Origin: Eledone cirrhosa
Lineage: Eukaryota
Assembly (NCBI GenBank): GCA_964016885.1
Contig: OZ024753.1
Location: 17,918,001-17,982,000 of the forward strand
Reading direction: 5' to 3'
Length of the DNA stretch: 64,000 nt
Shown piece by piece: positions 26,420 to 38,148 of the stretch (position 1 is the stretch's first letter; every line of letters starts with the position of its first letter). The position numbers and the translations under genes are program-made. The notes beneath the pieces are model-generated. The model was not told the DNA's origin. It saw only the letters and a list, made by a program, of their open reading frames with translations, and did no database searches.

Positions 26420-26804
26420 TATAAATTAATAAACACAATGAAATAAAAACAAAGAACAAGTTCCTTATATTAAAAAAAAAAAAAATTCATCATCTTACGA
26501 TTGTTTCTGGGATGTATATGTGTGTTGGTATGTATATCATATTTATCTATGGAAAAATATTACAAATTATCAGAGGAAATATACATACCTTCACATATAC
26601 ATGCCGTCCTCAGAAACGATCGTAAACTGATGAATTTTTTAATATAAGGAACTTGTTCTTTGTTTTTATTTCATTGTTTTTATTAATTTATCTTGACTCT
26701 GTTTTCCTATGATTTTTTTATCGAAAAATTTTAATGCATCTTCTCTTTTCATGATATTTGGATTACATTGAGTTCTTCATACGGGTTGGACACTACCGTA
26801 TATT
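26420..26804 (+). mobile_element. Fold-back PLE-type mini-element, family D
   Basis: 26421-26509 is inverted at 26611-26691; long-stem-II HHR on the minus strand (CUGAGGA at 26607-26613); tail homologous to 1405-1517. Confidence 0.75.
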
Positions 26805-27263
26805 AAAACAGGGAAAAACCACCAGTGTATGGAATATATAACCTTTGAAAGACAGGGTAGACATACGATAATAAAAAATATAAATTAAAGTGTATATACA
26901 TACCTCTATAACTATATAACACACGCACAAATCCAAATAAATCTGTTTCGCCAATAAGTTGTTGACAGAAATGAAATAGCCCATGGTTCGTCAGCGCGTG
27001 TAAGGTTATACATTTCAGAAAACCCTAAGAGAATTTAAAGCGACCGTCCAGCTACACGTGGGAGAGAGAAGTCACAGCGTGTTCATAGGTTATAGATTCC
27101 ATACACTGGTGGTTTTTCCCTGATTTATTGATGGCGCACTATCTCTCTCTAGTGTGTTACCTTTTCAACATATTGTATATTAAAGAACTCAGGATTCCTT
27201 CTCCTTTGAGCACATTATGGACAAGGAATAGCGAGAGTCCATGGCTCCGTTAATTTATCGCGG

Positions 27264-27265
<2 letters not shown>
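26805..27265 (+). mobile_element. Fold-back PLE-type mini-element, family J
   Basis: cagggaaaaaccaccagtgtatggaat (26809) is inverted at 27096-27122; HHR in the minus arm. Confidence 0.6.
26919..27001 (-). ncRNA. Hammerhead fold with GUG at the cleavage triplet (probably inactive)
   Basis: acacgcg-CUGACGA-a-cca..ugg-c-GAAA-cagauu/gauuug-U-G-cgugugu; 7-bp stem I, 6-bp stem III. Confidence 0.65.
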
Positions 27266-27300
<35 letters not shown>

Positions 27301-27321
27301 ATATTTATTTATTTATTTATT

Positions 27322-27540
27322 TATTAAAATAACAGATTAAAGTTTATGCAAAGAATCGCTGCTTTCACCCTTATCGAGTTTCAGAAGTTTCCGTTAAGGG
27401 TGAAAGCATCGATTCTTTGCTTAAACTGTAATCTGTTATTTTGATAAATATTTGCTCTACGGTTTTTATATATTTAATATATATTCATTCTTATCGAGCC
27501 CCCTTTGGATTTTAGTCTTCAAATTTATTATTATTACTAT
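27322..27540 (+). mobile_element. Fold-back PLE-type mini-element, family E
   Basis: 27322-27373 is inverted at 27392-27445, then a tail; reverse copy at 35286-35460. Confidence 0.7.
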
Positions 27541-27555
27541 ATATATATATATATA

Positions 27556-30500
27556 TTGTTATATTTGGGGAGGGTCATATTTGCGTAATATTGCCAGAAT
27601 TAATAACAGAACACACTCACTGTTTGGTTGGTTTTCGATTCTCGCTGCCTTTTATATATATATATATCTGCGATCTAACTTACTCGGTCCTCAATGTTGC
27701 CATTGACTGACCGGCGGTCAAAAATAATACAGATACAATATAGACAAACACATATATATATAGTTTACATAATTTACATAAATCTTTCGTTGCACATCTG
27801 CAACATCGTCAGTGGTGTTATATTCATTGTTCCTCCTGTTGTGTTGTATGTCTACGCCATTTTTTTTTTTGTGTTCAGTCTGTCTATATATTTATTTATT
27901 TATTTGCTTGTTTGTTTATCTTATTTTATTTTGTCTTCTTTGCGCATGCGTTTGCGTGTGTGTATAGTGTTATGTGTGATGTGTGACTAGTGTGTATAGT
28001 GTTGTGTCTGCTGGGTGACTAGTGTGTGTTTATGTGCTTGTGTATGTATTTATTTATCTTATTTTATTTTATTTAATTTACTTATTTATTTATACTTCTC
28101 TTAGGTCAATGTTGTTTGTTTGGGTGTTGTTGTTGTTCCACTCATTCTTTCTGTTTAGCTTTGGTCTTCTAATTTCTATTTCACTGGCCTCTCTGATTTG
28201 CCTATCTGCTGGGTCATTCCTATGTTTAGATATTATTCTAATTTCTATGTTGTCTATGTTACCGTCATGTTGTTGTCTAGCATGTTCGTATAGTACTGAC
28301 CCGTTTTTTCGTCCTTTTAGTTCCCCCCAGTGTTGGTCTATCCTTTCACCTATGCTACGAGCTGTCTCACCTATGTATGTTGTTGTCGTGTTTCTGCAAG
28401 TACCCTCTGTACATCTTATGCTATAGACTACGTTTCTAGTTTTACAGTTTATCCGGGGGTTCACCTTACATATGATACATTTCCTATTGGTACAGTGGGT
28501 TTTCTTAAAAGGGTAGGTTTTGCTGATCAGGGATTTTATGGTGGTTCCTGGCTTTTCTACCACCTTTATTTTTAAGTGGGTCTTTCTCAGGGCCTTTCTA
28601 CACTGGTTAGCTAATTTCCCTCCAGGGGTGGCGTCCACAAACATGACACTCTGATATCTCTGGTTGTCGTACCATGATGTGGCCTTCCCTATCTTATGTC
28701 TAGTCCTATCTAAGCTATTCCATGATTTGCTCCTGTATAGTGGGCAAATTCCTTTCATGTCCAGTTCTATGAGGGTCTTATACTTTTCCATGGCTCCTTC
28801 GTATACTCTGACTCTGTCTCTTTGGTTGTAGCCAGAGAACTGCATGCGGTTGATGAAGTGTTGGATGTGTCCTTCCATTTCTGTTGGGTCGCACATGCTG
28901 GACACATTCTTCATCACTCGTACCAAATCTGCGATCAGAATATTAAACTTAGCACTACTGGACATTGCTGAGTTTTTGAGTATCAGGTATTTGGAGGCCA
29001 TGGGTTTAGCATAGTGTGAGTGGAGAATTTGGGCTCTCTCGTCTATAGTGTTAATCCAGAGTTCTGTGTCTAATACAGGTAGTCTATTGTTAGGGTGTTT
29101 GGAAGGGAAGTCTATAGTTACAGTTATACTCTGGTGTATGGAATTAGCTATCTGCTGGATGCTTTCCATCGTGCTACGTTCTAAATCAAACTTGTTAGTG
29201 CTCTCTAGTGGGGGTGTTCTTATAACTATATTGATATCGTCTACATAACGAGAGTACATGATGAGGTCTATGGAGCTTTCATTAAGGAGATCTTTAAGTC
29301 TCCTTTCCCACCATACCATGAAAAGGTTGGCAACATCACCAGCTATGCTGACGCCGATGGCTGCTCCCTCATTTTGGGTGTAGATTTTCTCATTGAACTT
29401 AAATATGTGGCCCTTTAGGGTAGTTTTGATACTAGCCCCTATTGCATGTGCGACCATTTTTCTTACCTGATCAGTGTTTTGGGGGGTCCGTATAGCTTTG
29501 GTCCACCCAATCCACCTTCCTATGGGAGTCTTTTTAGCCATTGAGGTTATGGTGGGGGGTCTACCTCTTATAGGTCTACTAGGGCAGAAACATCTAAGGT
29601 CATGGCTGTCTAGGTAGTCAGTGTCGTAGGTAAGTCTAAGTAGGAGGCCCAGTTCGTCTGTGTCGACGTCGCAGAACTCCACCTCACTCTCAATGATCAT
29701 CTCCACACATCTTTTCACAGCAAAATCAATGTTAATGGATGGGTACAGTGACACCACATCCATGCTGCCTATTATGCAGTTGGATAGGCTCCTGTTTTTG
29801 TTGCACTCACTGATTCTGCTGAGGAGGTCCTCTGTACTTTCACATACATCTGGGGACATCTTGATTATGGGGCGTATAACCATTGAGAGGAAGTAGGAGA
29901 TCCTGTAGTTGCTAGCTATATTAGCTCCGCATACGGGTCTTGTTGGTGGTCCTGTTGTCGGGTCGTCGACTGTCTTGTGGTCTTTGCGGAGCCCATACAA
30001 GGGTGGTATGCCATTGTTAGACGCCTGGAAGTTGTTGGCAGTGCGTCTGCTTGGCTTTAGGATGTCAGTCCACATCATCATGTGAGCGTTGAGGATTTTT
30101 TCTCTCCCATCGTGTGTTAGTTGTGCAACTTCGCTCGTGTTGGTGATGTGGGGTTGCATTGCCTCGATGTAGTTCGGCATGCTATCTATTGACATCCTAC
30201 CAGACTTATCTGTGGGTAGACACACTACCTCACCATCCCTTGTGCGCTGCTTGAGGCTAACCAAGCCTTCTACAGGTTTTATCCCAAGTTGTTGGGCCTC
30301 TGGTCTGCTCTGTCTCATAGTGTACCTGTCTACTACTTGTCTAATCTTATTTCTAGCTATGGTGAACTGTGCCTCCGTCTCGTCATCTATTTGCTGTGGT
30401 ATGCAAACTCTTTTATTAAAGGGTAACCTCGTAGGATAGATATTACCCATCTTATATGTTTTGTCAGCTGGGTTGAAAAATAGTTTCTCTAAGGGGTTGT

Positions 30501-31741
30501 CGTTATTTCTATCGTCATAGTTGTGTGTGTTGCTATTATTGTTATCATGGTGGTTGTTGTTGTTTCTATCATTAGCATTAATATTATTATTGTTATGATT
30601 GCTAGATGTATTGTTGTTTACTTCACCGTTATTGTTGTTGTTGTTACTGCTATTTCTACCATTGTGGTTGTTACTATTATTATGTTTCTTGTTTTTGTTG
30701 ATGTTGCTACATGTACTATTTCCATTATTACCACTGTGGTTATTGTTGTTGTTGTTGTTCGTATTGTTACCGTTATTACTACTGTGGTCACTGTTGCTGT
30801 GTCTGTGGTTAACGTTTCTATTATTATTATTATTGTGGTTGTTGTTGTTCTGTCTATCGCTAGTATTATTACCATTATCACTATTTCTCACTTTCCTGCC
30901 ATTGTTATGGTTATGGCTGTTATTTCTATCCCCAGAGTTATTGTTTATATTACTACTACCGTTATTATTGTTGTTGTTGTTGTTTACCTTTGCATTCCAA
31001 CGTATTTTTGTGAAACACTTTTCCAGCTCCGTTTTGCATTCCATAGGGTTAATCTTTTTGTAGATGGCAAATTTTGGTGGTAACTTTAGGATTTGTTGTT
31101 CTTGTTCACTGATTAAAGTGTTCCCATAGATATTTACTGTGTGGTCATTGGTAAATTCTTCCGGTAGTTTTACATCACTCATACGGATGTTGTCGATGTT
31201 ATCTGGGTATTTTTGAGAATATTCGATTTTCCCCAGCAGACACAACACTATACACACTAGTCACACATCACACATAACACTATACACACACGCAAACGGA
31301 TGCGCAAAGAAGACAAAATAAAATAAGATAAACAAACAAGCAAATAAATAAATAAATATATAGACAGACTGAACACAAAAAAAAAAAAAAATGGCGTAGA
31401 CATACAACACAACAGGAGGAACAATGAATATAACACCACTGACGATGTTGCAGATGTGCAACGAAAGATTTATGTAAATTATGTAAACTATATATATATG
31501 TGTTTGTCTATATTGTATCTGTATTATTTTTGACCGCCGGTCAGTCAATGGCAACATTGAGGACCGAGTAAGTTAGATCGCAGATATATATATATATAAA
31601 AGACAGCGAGAAGCGAAAACCAACCAAACAGTGAGTGTGTTCTGTTATTAATTCTGGCAATATTACGCAAATATGACCCTCCCCAAATATAACAATATCT
31701 GTTTCGACACACGATTTCATATAAAAAACCTCGCAAAACTA
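27556..31741 (-). mobile_element. Young Penelope-like element with ~460-bp inverted pLTRs
   Basis: 27556-28016 and 31232-31696 are near-identical inverted repeats; extra 45-bp tail at 31697-31741; TA flanks. Confidence 0.95.
28090..31257 (-). CDS. PLE polyprotein: reverse transcriptase + C-terminal GIY-YIG endonuclease (Neptune/Nematis-like); N-terminus truncated at the pLTR junction
   Basis: 1055-aa open frame: PTDKSG, PPLYGLRKDHK, RPVC, SMDVVSLYPSI, GAAIG, RYVDDI, LPVLD, CxxxxCxxC..C, NVVY..YIGETARS..ERIDQH, LNRKNEW. Confidence 0.92.
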   Translation of the reverse strand: MCIVLCLLGKIEYSQKYPDNIDNIRMSDVKLPEEFTNDHTVNIYGNTLISEQEQQILKLPPKFAIYKKINPMECKTELEKCFTKIRWNAKVNNNNNNNNGSSNINNNSGDRNNSHNHNNGRKVRNSDNGNNTSDRQNNNNHNNNNNRNVNHRHSNSDHSSNNGNNTNNNNNNNHSGNNGNSTCSNINKNKKHNNSNNHNGRNSSNNNNNNGEVNNNTSSNHNNNNINANDRNNNNHHDNNNSNTHNYDDRNNDNPLEKLFFNPADKTYKMGNIYPTRLPFNKRVCIPQQIDDETEAQFTIARNKIRQVVDRYTMRQSRPEAQQLGIKPVEGLVSLKQRTRDGEVVCLPTDKSGRMSIDSMPNYIEAMQPHITNTSEVAQLTHDGREKILNAHMMMWTDILKPSRRTANNFQASNNGIPPLYGLRKDHKTVDDPTTGPPTRPVCGANIASNYRISYFLSMVIRPIIKMSPDVCESTEDLLSRISECNKNRSLSNCIIGSMDVVSLYPSINIDFAVKRCVEMIIESEVEFCDVDTDELGLLLRLTYDTDYLDSHDLRCFCPSRPIRGRPPTITSMAKKTPIGRWIGWTKAIRTPQNTDQVRKMVAHAIGASIKTTLKGHIFKFNEKIYTQNEGAAIGVSIAGDVANLFMVWWERRLKDLLNESSIDLIMYSRYVDDINIVIRTPPLESTNKFDLERSTMESIQQIANSIHQSITVTIDFPSKHPNNRLPVLDTELWINTIDERAQILHSHYAKPMASKYLILKNSAMSSSAKFNILIADLVRVMKNVSSMCDPTEMEGHIQHFINRMQFSGYNQRDRVRVYEGAMEKYKTLIELDMKGICPLYRSKSWNSLDRTRHKIGKATSWYDNQRYQSVMFVDATPGGKLANQCRKALRKTHLKIKVVEKPGTTIKSLISKTYPFKKTHCTNRKCIICKVNPRINCKTRNVVYSIRCTEGTCRNTTTTYIGETARSIGERIDQHWGELKGRKNGSVLYEHARQQHDGNIDNIEIRIISKHRNDPADRQIREASEIEIRRPKLNRKNEWNNNNTQTNNIDLREV

Positions 31742-32009
31742 TATATATATATATATATATAAAATATATGTCGGTGGAATTCTATCCTAACTTTCTAATT
31801 TCAATTAAATTAAAATAGTAAGGAAAACTGTCTAGCTAATTTAACGGATAAACGAACATTTTCACGACTAATTGTCGAGTTTTGAGACTCAGAAGAATAT
31901 GTTGAAGAATACCAATGTTTAGGATTGATGGAACACAATGGACAATTGTTAACATCAATTCAACCGTGAAAATACCCGTGAAAGTAACACAAGAAATGCC
32001 GCAGAACGA

Positions 32010-32036
32010 GTGATGGTGAAGATGATGTAGACGATC

Positions 32037-32071
<35 letters not shown>

Positions 32072-32125
32072 AATAATAGTGATAATAATAGTAATAGTAA
32101 TAGTAATAATAGTAATAATAAATAA
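32010..32125. repeat. (GAT)n and (TAA/TAG)n trinucleotide microsatellite
   Basis: Direct reading. Confidence 0.9.
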
Positions 32126-34253
32126 TATATTGAAGAAATAAATCCAAATGGTATTAGTGAAGAACTGTACTGCTAACATGTTTTCTTTTCTCGTTTTATT
32201 TTCTGTAGTATTTTCTAATTTGCAATCTTTAATATGATTGATTTCGAGAATAGAATATTTCACGGTATTTTGCCATCTTTAATGCTAGACTGCTAGTATT
32301 GATATTGGTAATTAAAATTAGAAATATTTCTTCTTGTGTTAGTCATATCTCATTGGAAGATATTACAGAAACCTAAACATACATGAGTATAAGGGATTGC
32401 TTCCTTACTTCGTTTATATATATTTTCTATTTGACAATGAAATTATAGTCTACAGATTGCCTTGTCTCAAATTAGAATTGTTGTGTATTTTCCAATTTGT
32501 CAACCTATCTGAAATAAATTCAGAGAAAGCTGAAGAGAGACAACTGGTATACACCTTATTGGTTAAAATTAGAGGAGCAACGTCAGTGTCTTTGGGCATT
32601 TTTTCTGGTCCTCTCATGCAGACAAAAGGAGTTATCCTCAAAATGGAAAATTTCCTATTACTAGCAATACGTTTATACTGAACTAAATACACTAAATGGG
32701 TATATAGAGTGTTAGATAGAGAGACGGATTACCATGAAATCTGTGGCTGTTTTAAAGGAATCCTCTCTGCTGTAAGTATTTGGGCAAGGTATATTTGTCT
32801 ATATAGCATGGTCGTGACGTTCCAGCTCCTGACTAAACGGTCAGAAATACGCTTGAAGCTATAAACACTGTAATCTAACGAATTGTTAATTATTCATTTT
32901 TGTTGCTGATTAAACAGTGCTCACTACATGAGACTCGGACATTTAGGCCGCAGTTGGACCTGAAACATTGGACATTTGATAACTTTATCCGTAGGGAATA
33001 AGCAGTGACGGTGATGGTTTATGAAGAGCGGAATTTAAAGCCGACAGACAGAAGTCTTTTATAATATAAGAAGCCAACATTTACACCACACCAATTCAGA
33101 ATAAAAGCGAAACTTAATTAGTGACTACTTTGAATGGAAGAAAGCAACATAAATCTGTTAAAAAAGAAAATATATATAGCTTTAGTTGCACTTCAAATTT
33201 CGTACAAAACCTCTCTTGAATTATATTGTCAAAATTATATTTAATTCTTTCGTAATGTTCTTGCAGTTGTTACTGAAATATATTAATATTTTACTGAAAT
33301 ATTATAATCTAATATGTATCAATAGAGAACACATTATCGTTTACAAATATTATAACTGCACAAACACGTTCATAACATCATCTAGCTTCATTAACTTCGC
33401 TTAGCAAACCGTATTAAAATAGAGTTCCAGAATACAACAAAAATATATCCGATAGCAAACATAATACATAACGTTATATAATAGATTCAGAGAAAGTTTT
33501 TATACTTCGGTATTGAATATGTTAATAATTCTTGATGTGCTTCACCGTAGAAGATTTTTTCCCTAACACTTACTTTATTTCACAAACGATATGTCACCAA
33601 CACAAGACATCAAATGAAAAAAAATAATAATTACGGTAGTTTCTCTTCTTTTCTTGCAAATTCAGGAATCGGTGACACAAACATATAAAAATAAAAATTA
33701 AGAATAAAGTTGTATGTGAGAAACACTATGTTGTAGTTTTGATGAAGATCCGATAACATATATAATGATATAATCCTAGTATACTGCATATAATAAGACC
33801 AAACGAGTATTTAGCTTATGTACACTGAAGTCAAGTTTAGATTTCTTCCGGTGATAAAATATTGTCACGGATATTTCAACGTCGAAGATGTATGGAAAAT
33901 ATTTGGATATTTTCATATTCTCTCAAGCAATGTCATATAACGTCTACCTGTTAATTATTTATCAAGTTTGTTGGCACTACGTTGACGAAAGATAATTCGA
34001 TACCTGGGTTAATAAACACCTGTTGATCAATCAAGGGAGATAATATAAAGTTTTGAACCAATGTAGAATTAAAGACTGTGATGGCATTTGAATAATTTGA
34101 GTATTTAAATGATAAAGACAGTTCAAGTGGGGTATTTTTGATTATTTTATATAATCGATCTCATTCCTTCATTATAGGGTTACAACACTATTTTTAAATA
34201 GTATGATATCGTGCCGTGTAGGGTTACGGCACTATTATCTCGCGCCTAATTGT

Positions 34254-34617
34254 AGAGGGTCGGACGCCATGTTTTGCAGCATAGAGATACATCCCTTTAC
34301 GGTCGGAGTTCAAATCCCGCCGAGGTTAACTTTGCTTTTCATCCTTACGGGGTCGATAAAATAAAAGACCAGTAATGCACTGGGATAATTTCTGGCCTTG
34401 TGCCTAATGTAAAAACAATTATTAACTAGGTGGCTTGGCAGTATCGGTAGAGGGTCGGACGCCATGCTTTGACGCATAGAGTTACGGCCCTTGCTATTCT
34501 CAGTTCATATCCCGCCGAGGTTAACTTTGCCTCTCATCCTTACGGGGTCGATAAAATAAAGTACCAGTAATGCACTGGGTAATTGCTGGCCTTGTGCCAA
34601 AAGTAGAAACAATTATT
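34254..34617 (+). mobile_element. Two tandem SINEs
   Basis: Consensus match; attattaactag follows both copies. Confidence 0.9.
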
Positions 34618-34639
34618 AACTAGTATTATCTCTTGCCGC

Positions 34640-35082
34640 TATCATTATAACACTTTAATAGTATGATATCCTTCCTCCATCATTACAACATTATAATGGT
34701 ATGATATCCTTCCTCCATTATTACAACACTATAATAGTATGATATCCTTCCTCCATCATTACAACACTATAATAGTATAATATCCTTCCTCCATCATTAC
34801 AACACTATAATAGTATGATATCATTCCTCCATTATTACAACACTATAATAGTATGATATCCTTCCTCCATCATTACAACACTATAATAGTATAATATCCT
34901 TCCTCCATCATTACAACACTATAATAGTATGATATCCTTCCTCCATTATTACAACACTAACATAGTATGATATCCTTCCTCCATCATTACAACACTATAA
35001 TAGTATGATATCCTGCCTCTATTATTACAACACTATTATGAAATAGTATGATATGCTTCCTCTATTATTACGTCACTATTAT
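34640..35082. repeat. 38-bp minisatellite, ~11 copies
   Basis: Unit acaacactataatagtatgatatccttcctccatcatt. Confidence 0.95.
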
Positions 35083-35111
35083 TAACTGAAATATTCATTA
35101 ATTAAGCAAAG

Positions 35112-35272
35112 ACGGACGCCATGCTTTGTCGCATAGAGTTACGGCCCTTGCCATTGTGAGTTCAAATTCCGCCGAAGTTAATTTTGCCTTTCATCCTTAC
35201 GGGGTCGATAAAATAAAGTACCAGTAATGCACTGGGTATTTGCTGGCCTTGTGCCAAACGTAGAAACAATTA
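35112..35272 (+). mobile_element. 5'-truncated SINE
   Basis: Consensus match. Confidence 0.85.
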
Positions 35273-35285
35273 TATATATATATAT

Positions 35286-35453
35286 AGTAATAATAATAAA
35301 TTTGAAGACTAAAGTCCAAAGATGGCTCGATAAGGATATATATATATCAAATATATAAGAACCCTAGAGCAAATATTTATTAAAATAACAGATTAAAGCT
35401 TAAGCAAAGAATCGCTGCTTTCAGCGATTTTTAGCTTAAACTTTCATCTGTTA

Positions 35454-35460
<7 letters not shown>
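35286..35460 (-). mobile_element. Fold-back mini-element, family E
   Basis: Reverse-complement homolog of 27322-27540. Confidence 0.7.
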
Positions 35461-35490
<30 letters not shown>

Positions 35491-35647
35491 TATCGTTCTA
35501 TATGGTTGAATACAAAAGATGTAATCTGAGTTTTTCGAATATTAATAATAATATTCGATTCGTTTGCAATTATGCAAACAAGCCTCAATTTTAAAGCCAT
35601 GTCAGTAGAATGACCCCGTCATTCTTGTTCTTGTATTGGCAAACAAA

Positions 35648-35694
35648 ACTGCAGACACTAATGTTTCTGGGTAATTACCCTTCATCAGTACAGT
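35648..35694 (-). ncRNA. Compact type I hammerhead with GUC triplet
   Basis: acugua-CUGAUGA-a-ggguaauuaccc-a-GAAA-ca-uuag-u-GUC-ugcagu; 6-bp stem I. Confidence 0.8.
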
Positions 35695-36279
35695 GTACTG
35701 CTTACCTGCCAACTGTCAGAGCTAGGGAAAATATATGATATTTTCTAAAATATACAGTGACTGACCGGCCTGATTTGCATTTTGTCAGACTGTCTGATCA
35801 GTCAGATCTGTATTTTAACAGACCCACTGGTCAACCAGATTTACATATCAGCAGATAAGCCAGTCAGTTTTATCTATACCAGCGATTAATGGCCGGGTTT
35901 GCCATATTCTTATGTGTAGAGAAATATCCATGATCCCCAACAGACAACTGATGAAGGAAAATTTTCCCCGGTTCATGCCTTCCTCTTATTTATAAGTACA
36001 CCTTAGCCAGCAGCTTCACAGCCCCTGTTTCTTCCTATACATATACATAGTTGTTATATAGTAAGGTGTATTATTGGTTGTGCAAAACACTCCAATAAAT
36101 ATATATATATGTATATATAGATATAGATATATATTATATATAATATATATATAAAGAATAAGAAAACGAAAGAGTTAATAAGGTGTTTCTTAATATTTAT
36201 ATATCAACTCTGCGTGAACCATACTGCATTCAGCTTTAAACCCTCTGGTAAAGTCTACACCCGCAACACTGTTATTATT

Positions 36280-36453
36280 ATCAGTAGAGGGTCGGACGCC
36301 ATGCTTTCCAGCATAGTTACGTCCCTTTACGATGTGAGTTCAAATCCTGCCGAGGTTGACTTTGCCTTTCATCCTTACGGGGTCGATAAAATAAAGTACC
36401 AGTAATGCACTGGGTAATTTCTGTCCTTGTGCCTAAAGTAGAAACAATTATTA
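36280..36453 (+). mobile_element. SINE
   Basis: Consensus match. Confidence 0.9.
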
Positions 36454-36472
36454 TTAAAATGTTCTCTCTCTC

Positions 36473-36529
<57 letters not shown>

Positions 36530-36824
36530 GAAAATCTGAGTCAAAAACTCGCGTTAATACCCTGTAATTTATGAGCTGAAAGTATAAAAACCGGCCTCTT
36601 TATAATATATACAGTTAAACACACAAATAAGTGTGTTTAGAATTACATGGGTTGGAAATCCACTTTGGTGCAATGTATATAATCTATGAAGAAACGGAAT
36701 ATACATAAAAACCGGAAAAGTTGAATTAAAATGTACTAACCTTTCCAATAACACTTAATCTCCTGGAAAAACTACAGTACCGCTTTTCAACCCATGTAAT
36801 TCCAAACATAATTATTTGTGTTTA
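36530..36824 (-). mobile_element. Fold-back mini-element between TA tracts (no HHR recognised)
   Basis: 36617-36658 is inverted at 36783-36823. Confidence 0.45.
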
Positions 36825-36894
36825 TATATATATATATATATATATATTATTCAAAATTTTAATAAATGAAATATATTCTCATAATCAAAATATA

Positions 36895-36957
36895 TACTTT
36901 ATTATACATATTTCAAAGGTACAATGGTGTTTAAGTACGTTTTCATCAGACAAAATA
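36895..36957 (-). ncRNA. Type I hammerhead (family B relative)
   Basis: uauuuugu-CUGAUGA-aaa.c.guac/guac.c.uuu-GAAA-uaugu-AUA-auaaagua. Confidence 0.8.
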
Positions 36958-37082
36958 TAAGATTTGATATGTGACATTCAGCTACGGTTTTGATTATTCA
37001 ATTCCAGTATTGGCAGTCGTGTTCTTCTAATTTATTATAAAATTGTATTCCTTGATTAATCAACGAACCATATTAATCTGTG

Positions 37083-37117
<35 letters not shown>

Positions 37118-38148
37118 TACGGGATTATTTATATATAATACTTGTTTCTACTTTAGGCACAAGGCCAGCAATTTATCCAGTGCATTACTGGTACTTTATT
37201 TTATCGAGCCCGTAATAATACTGTTGTGTGTTTAGTTGTGATTACTCAATCGAAGCCTAACTTGATTTATTGTATTCTGAAAGTAAATTATAGTAGCACT
37301 AGCTGCATTATATAACCATACTGGCGGATTATAATTCATTCTTATCACAAATGTTGCATCATTAATTTATGAAATTGCTATCACCTACTTACGCTAGATT
37401 TACTTTTACACTTTGGTTAAATTTACAGGGGAATCTCAAATAGAAAGGCATAGCAAAATGTTTCTGCATGTTAACACTTGAATGAACAATACTTCTAATC
37501 AGCAAATATGTCAATGGCATCATTGAATAATCTACAATGGAATTTTTCAAATAATTCCACCAATTAACCTTATCGTTGTCATCTCATGAAGAAAGAACGC
37601 TGAGTTATCTTGCATCTATTATCAAGATTAGTGCTGCTTTATTTCATATCACTGTGAATTATCTAAGAGCTATTAGCTAATTAATGATCACAGTGAAATA
37701 TGTATTTAACATTCCTGTCCAACATGATTATTGTTTCCCAATTATTGGTCAATAACATTTTTATCTCGGAGCTACTTATATTTTCTTCGTTATATATTGG
37801 GCATTTCTTTACTATTTTATTGTCGATATAATTAATGACTTCGACAGATCCGTTCATGTAATTTTGTCGATCTTCTTGCAAAATATTATATAAATCTCTT
37901 CTGCAAAGTAGCCTATTTAATACAAATGTCTTATAAATTCCTACTGAAAAGTCGCCTATTTTACAAATTTATTGAAATGTCAGAGATTCTTCATATTTAT
38001 CAATGCTCTGTCAAATACAAAAAAACTCCCAGAGAAAAACTCCCCATAGAATAGGTATTTCCAATATTACTGAAAATCCTTATTTGTGTAATTAGTGCGT
38101 CTAATTGTCACCAATTCTAGAACAATACTGACATCATTATCGTATAAT

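Noticed and set aside
30523-31083. Hydrophobic plus-strand ORFs (also 60797-61222)
   Set aside because: Antisense read-through of Asn-rich trinucleotide tracts
31435-31490. HHR-like core in the pLTR of the large PLE (CUGACGA-u-guugca/ugcaac-GAAA; mirror near 27783-27812)
   Set aside because: Core and stem II are good, but I could not pair a convincing stem I or cleavage triplet; probable but unconfirmed
32600-33130. Possible very degraded mariner transposase
   Set aside because: Only faint motif echoes across frameshifts; no TIRs found
37380-38090. Possible ancient RT fragments (also 16150-16700 and 41340-41780)
   Set aside because: Too decayed to assign by eye; needs tblastn or HMM search
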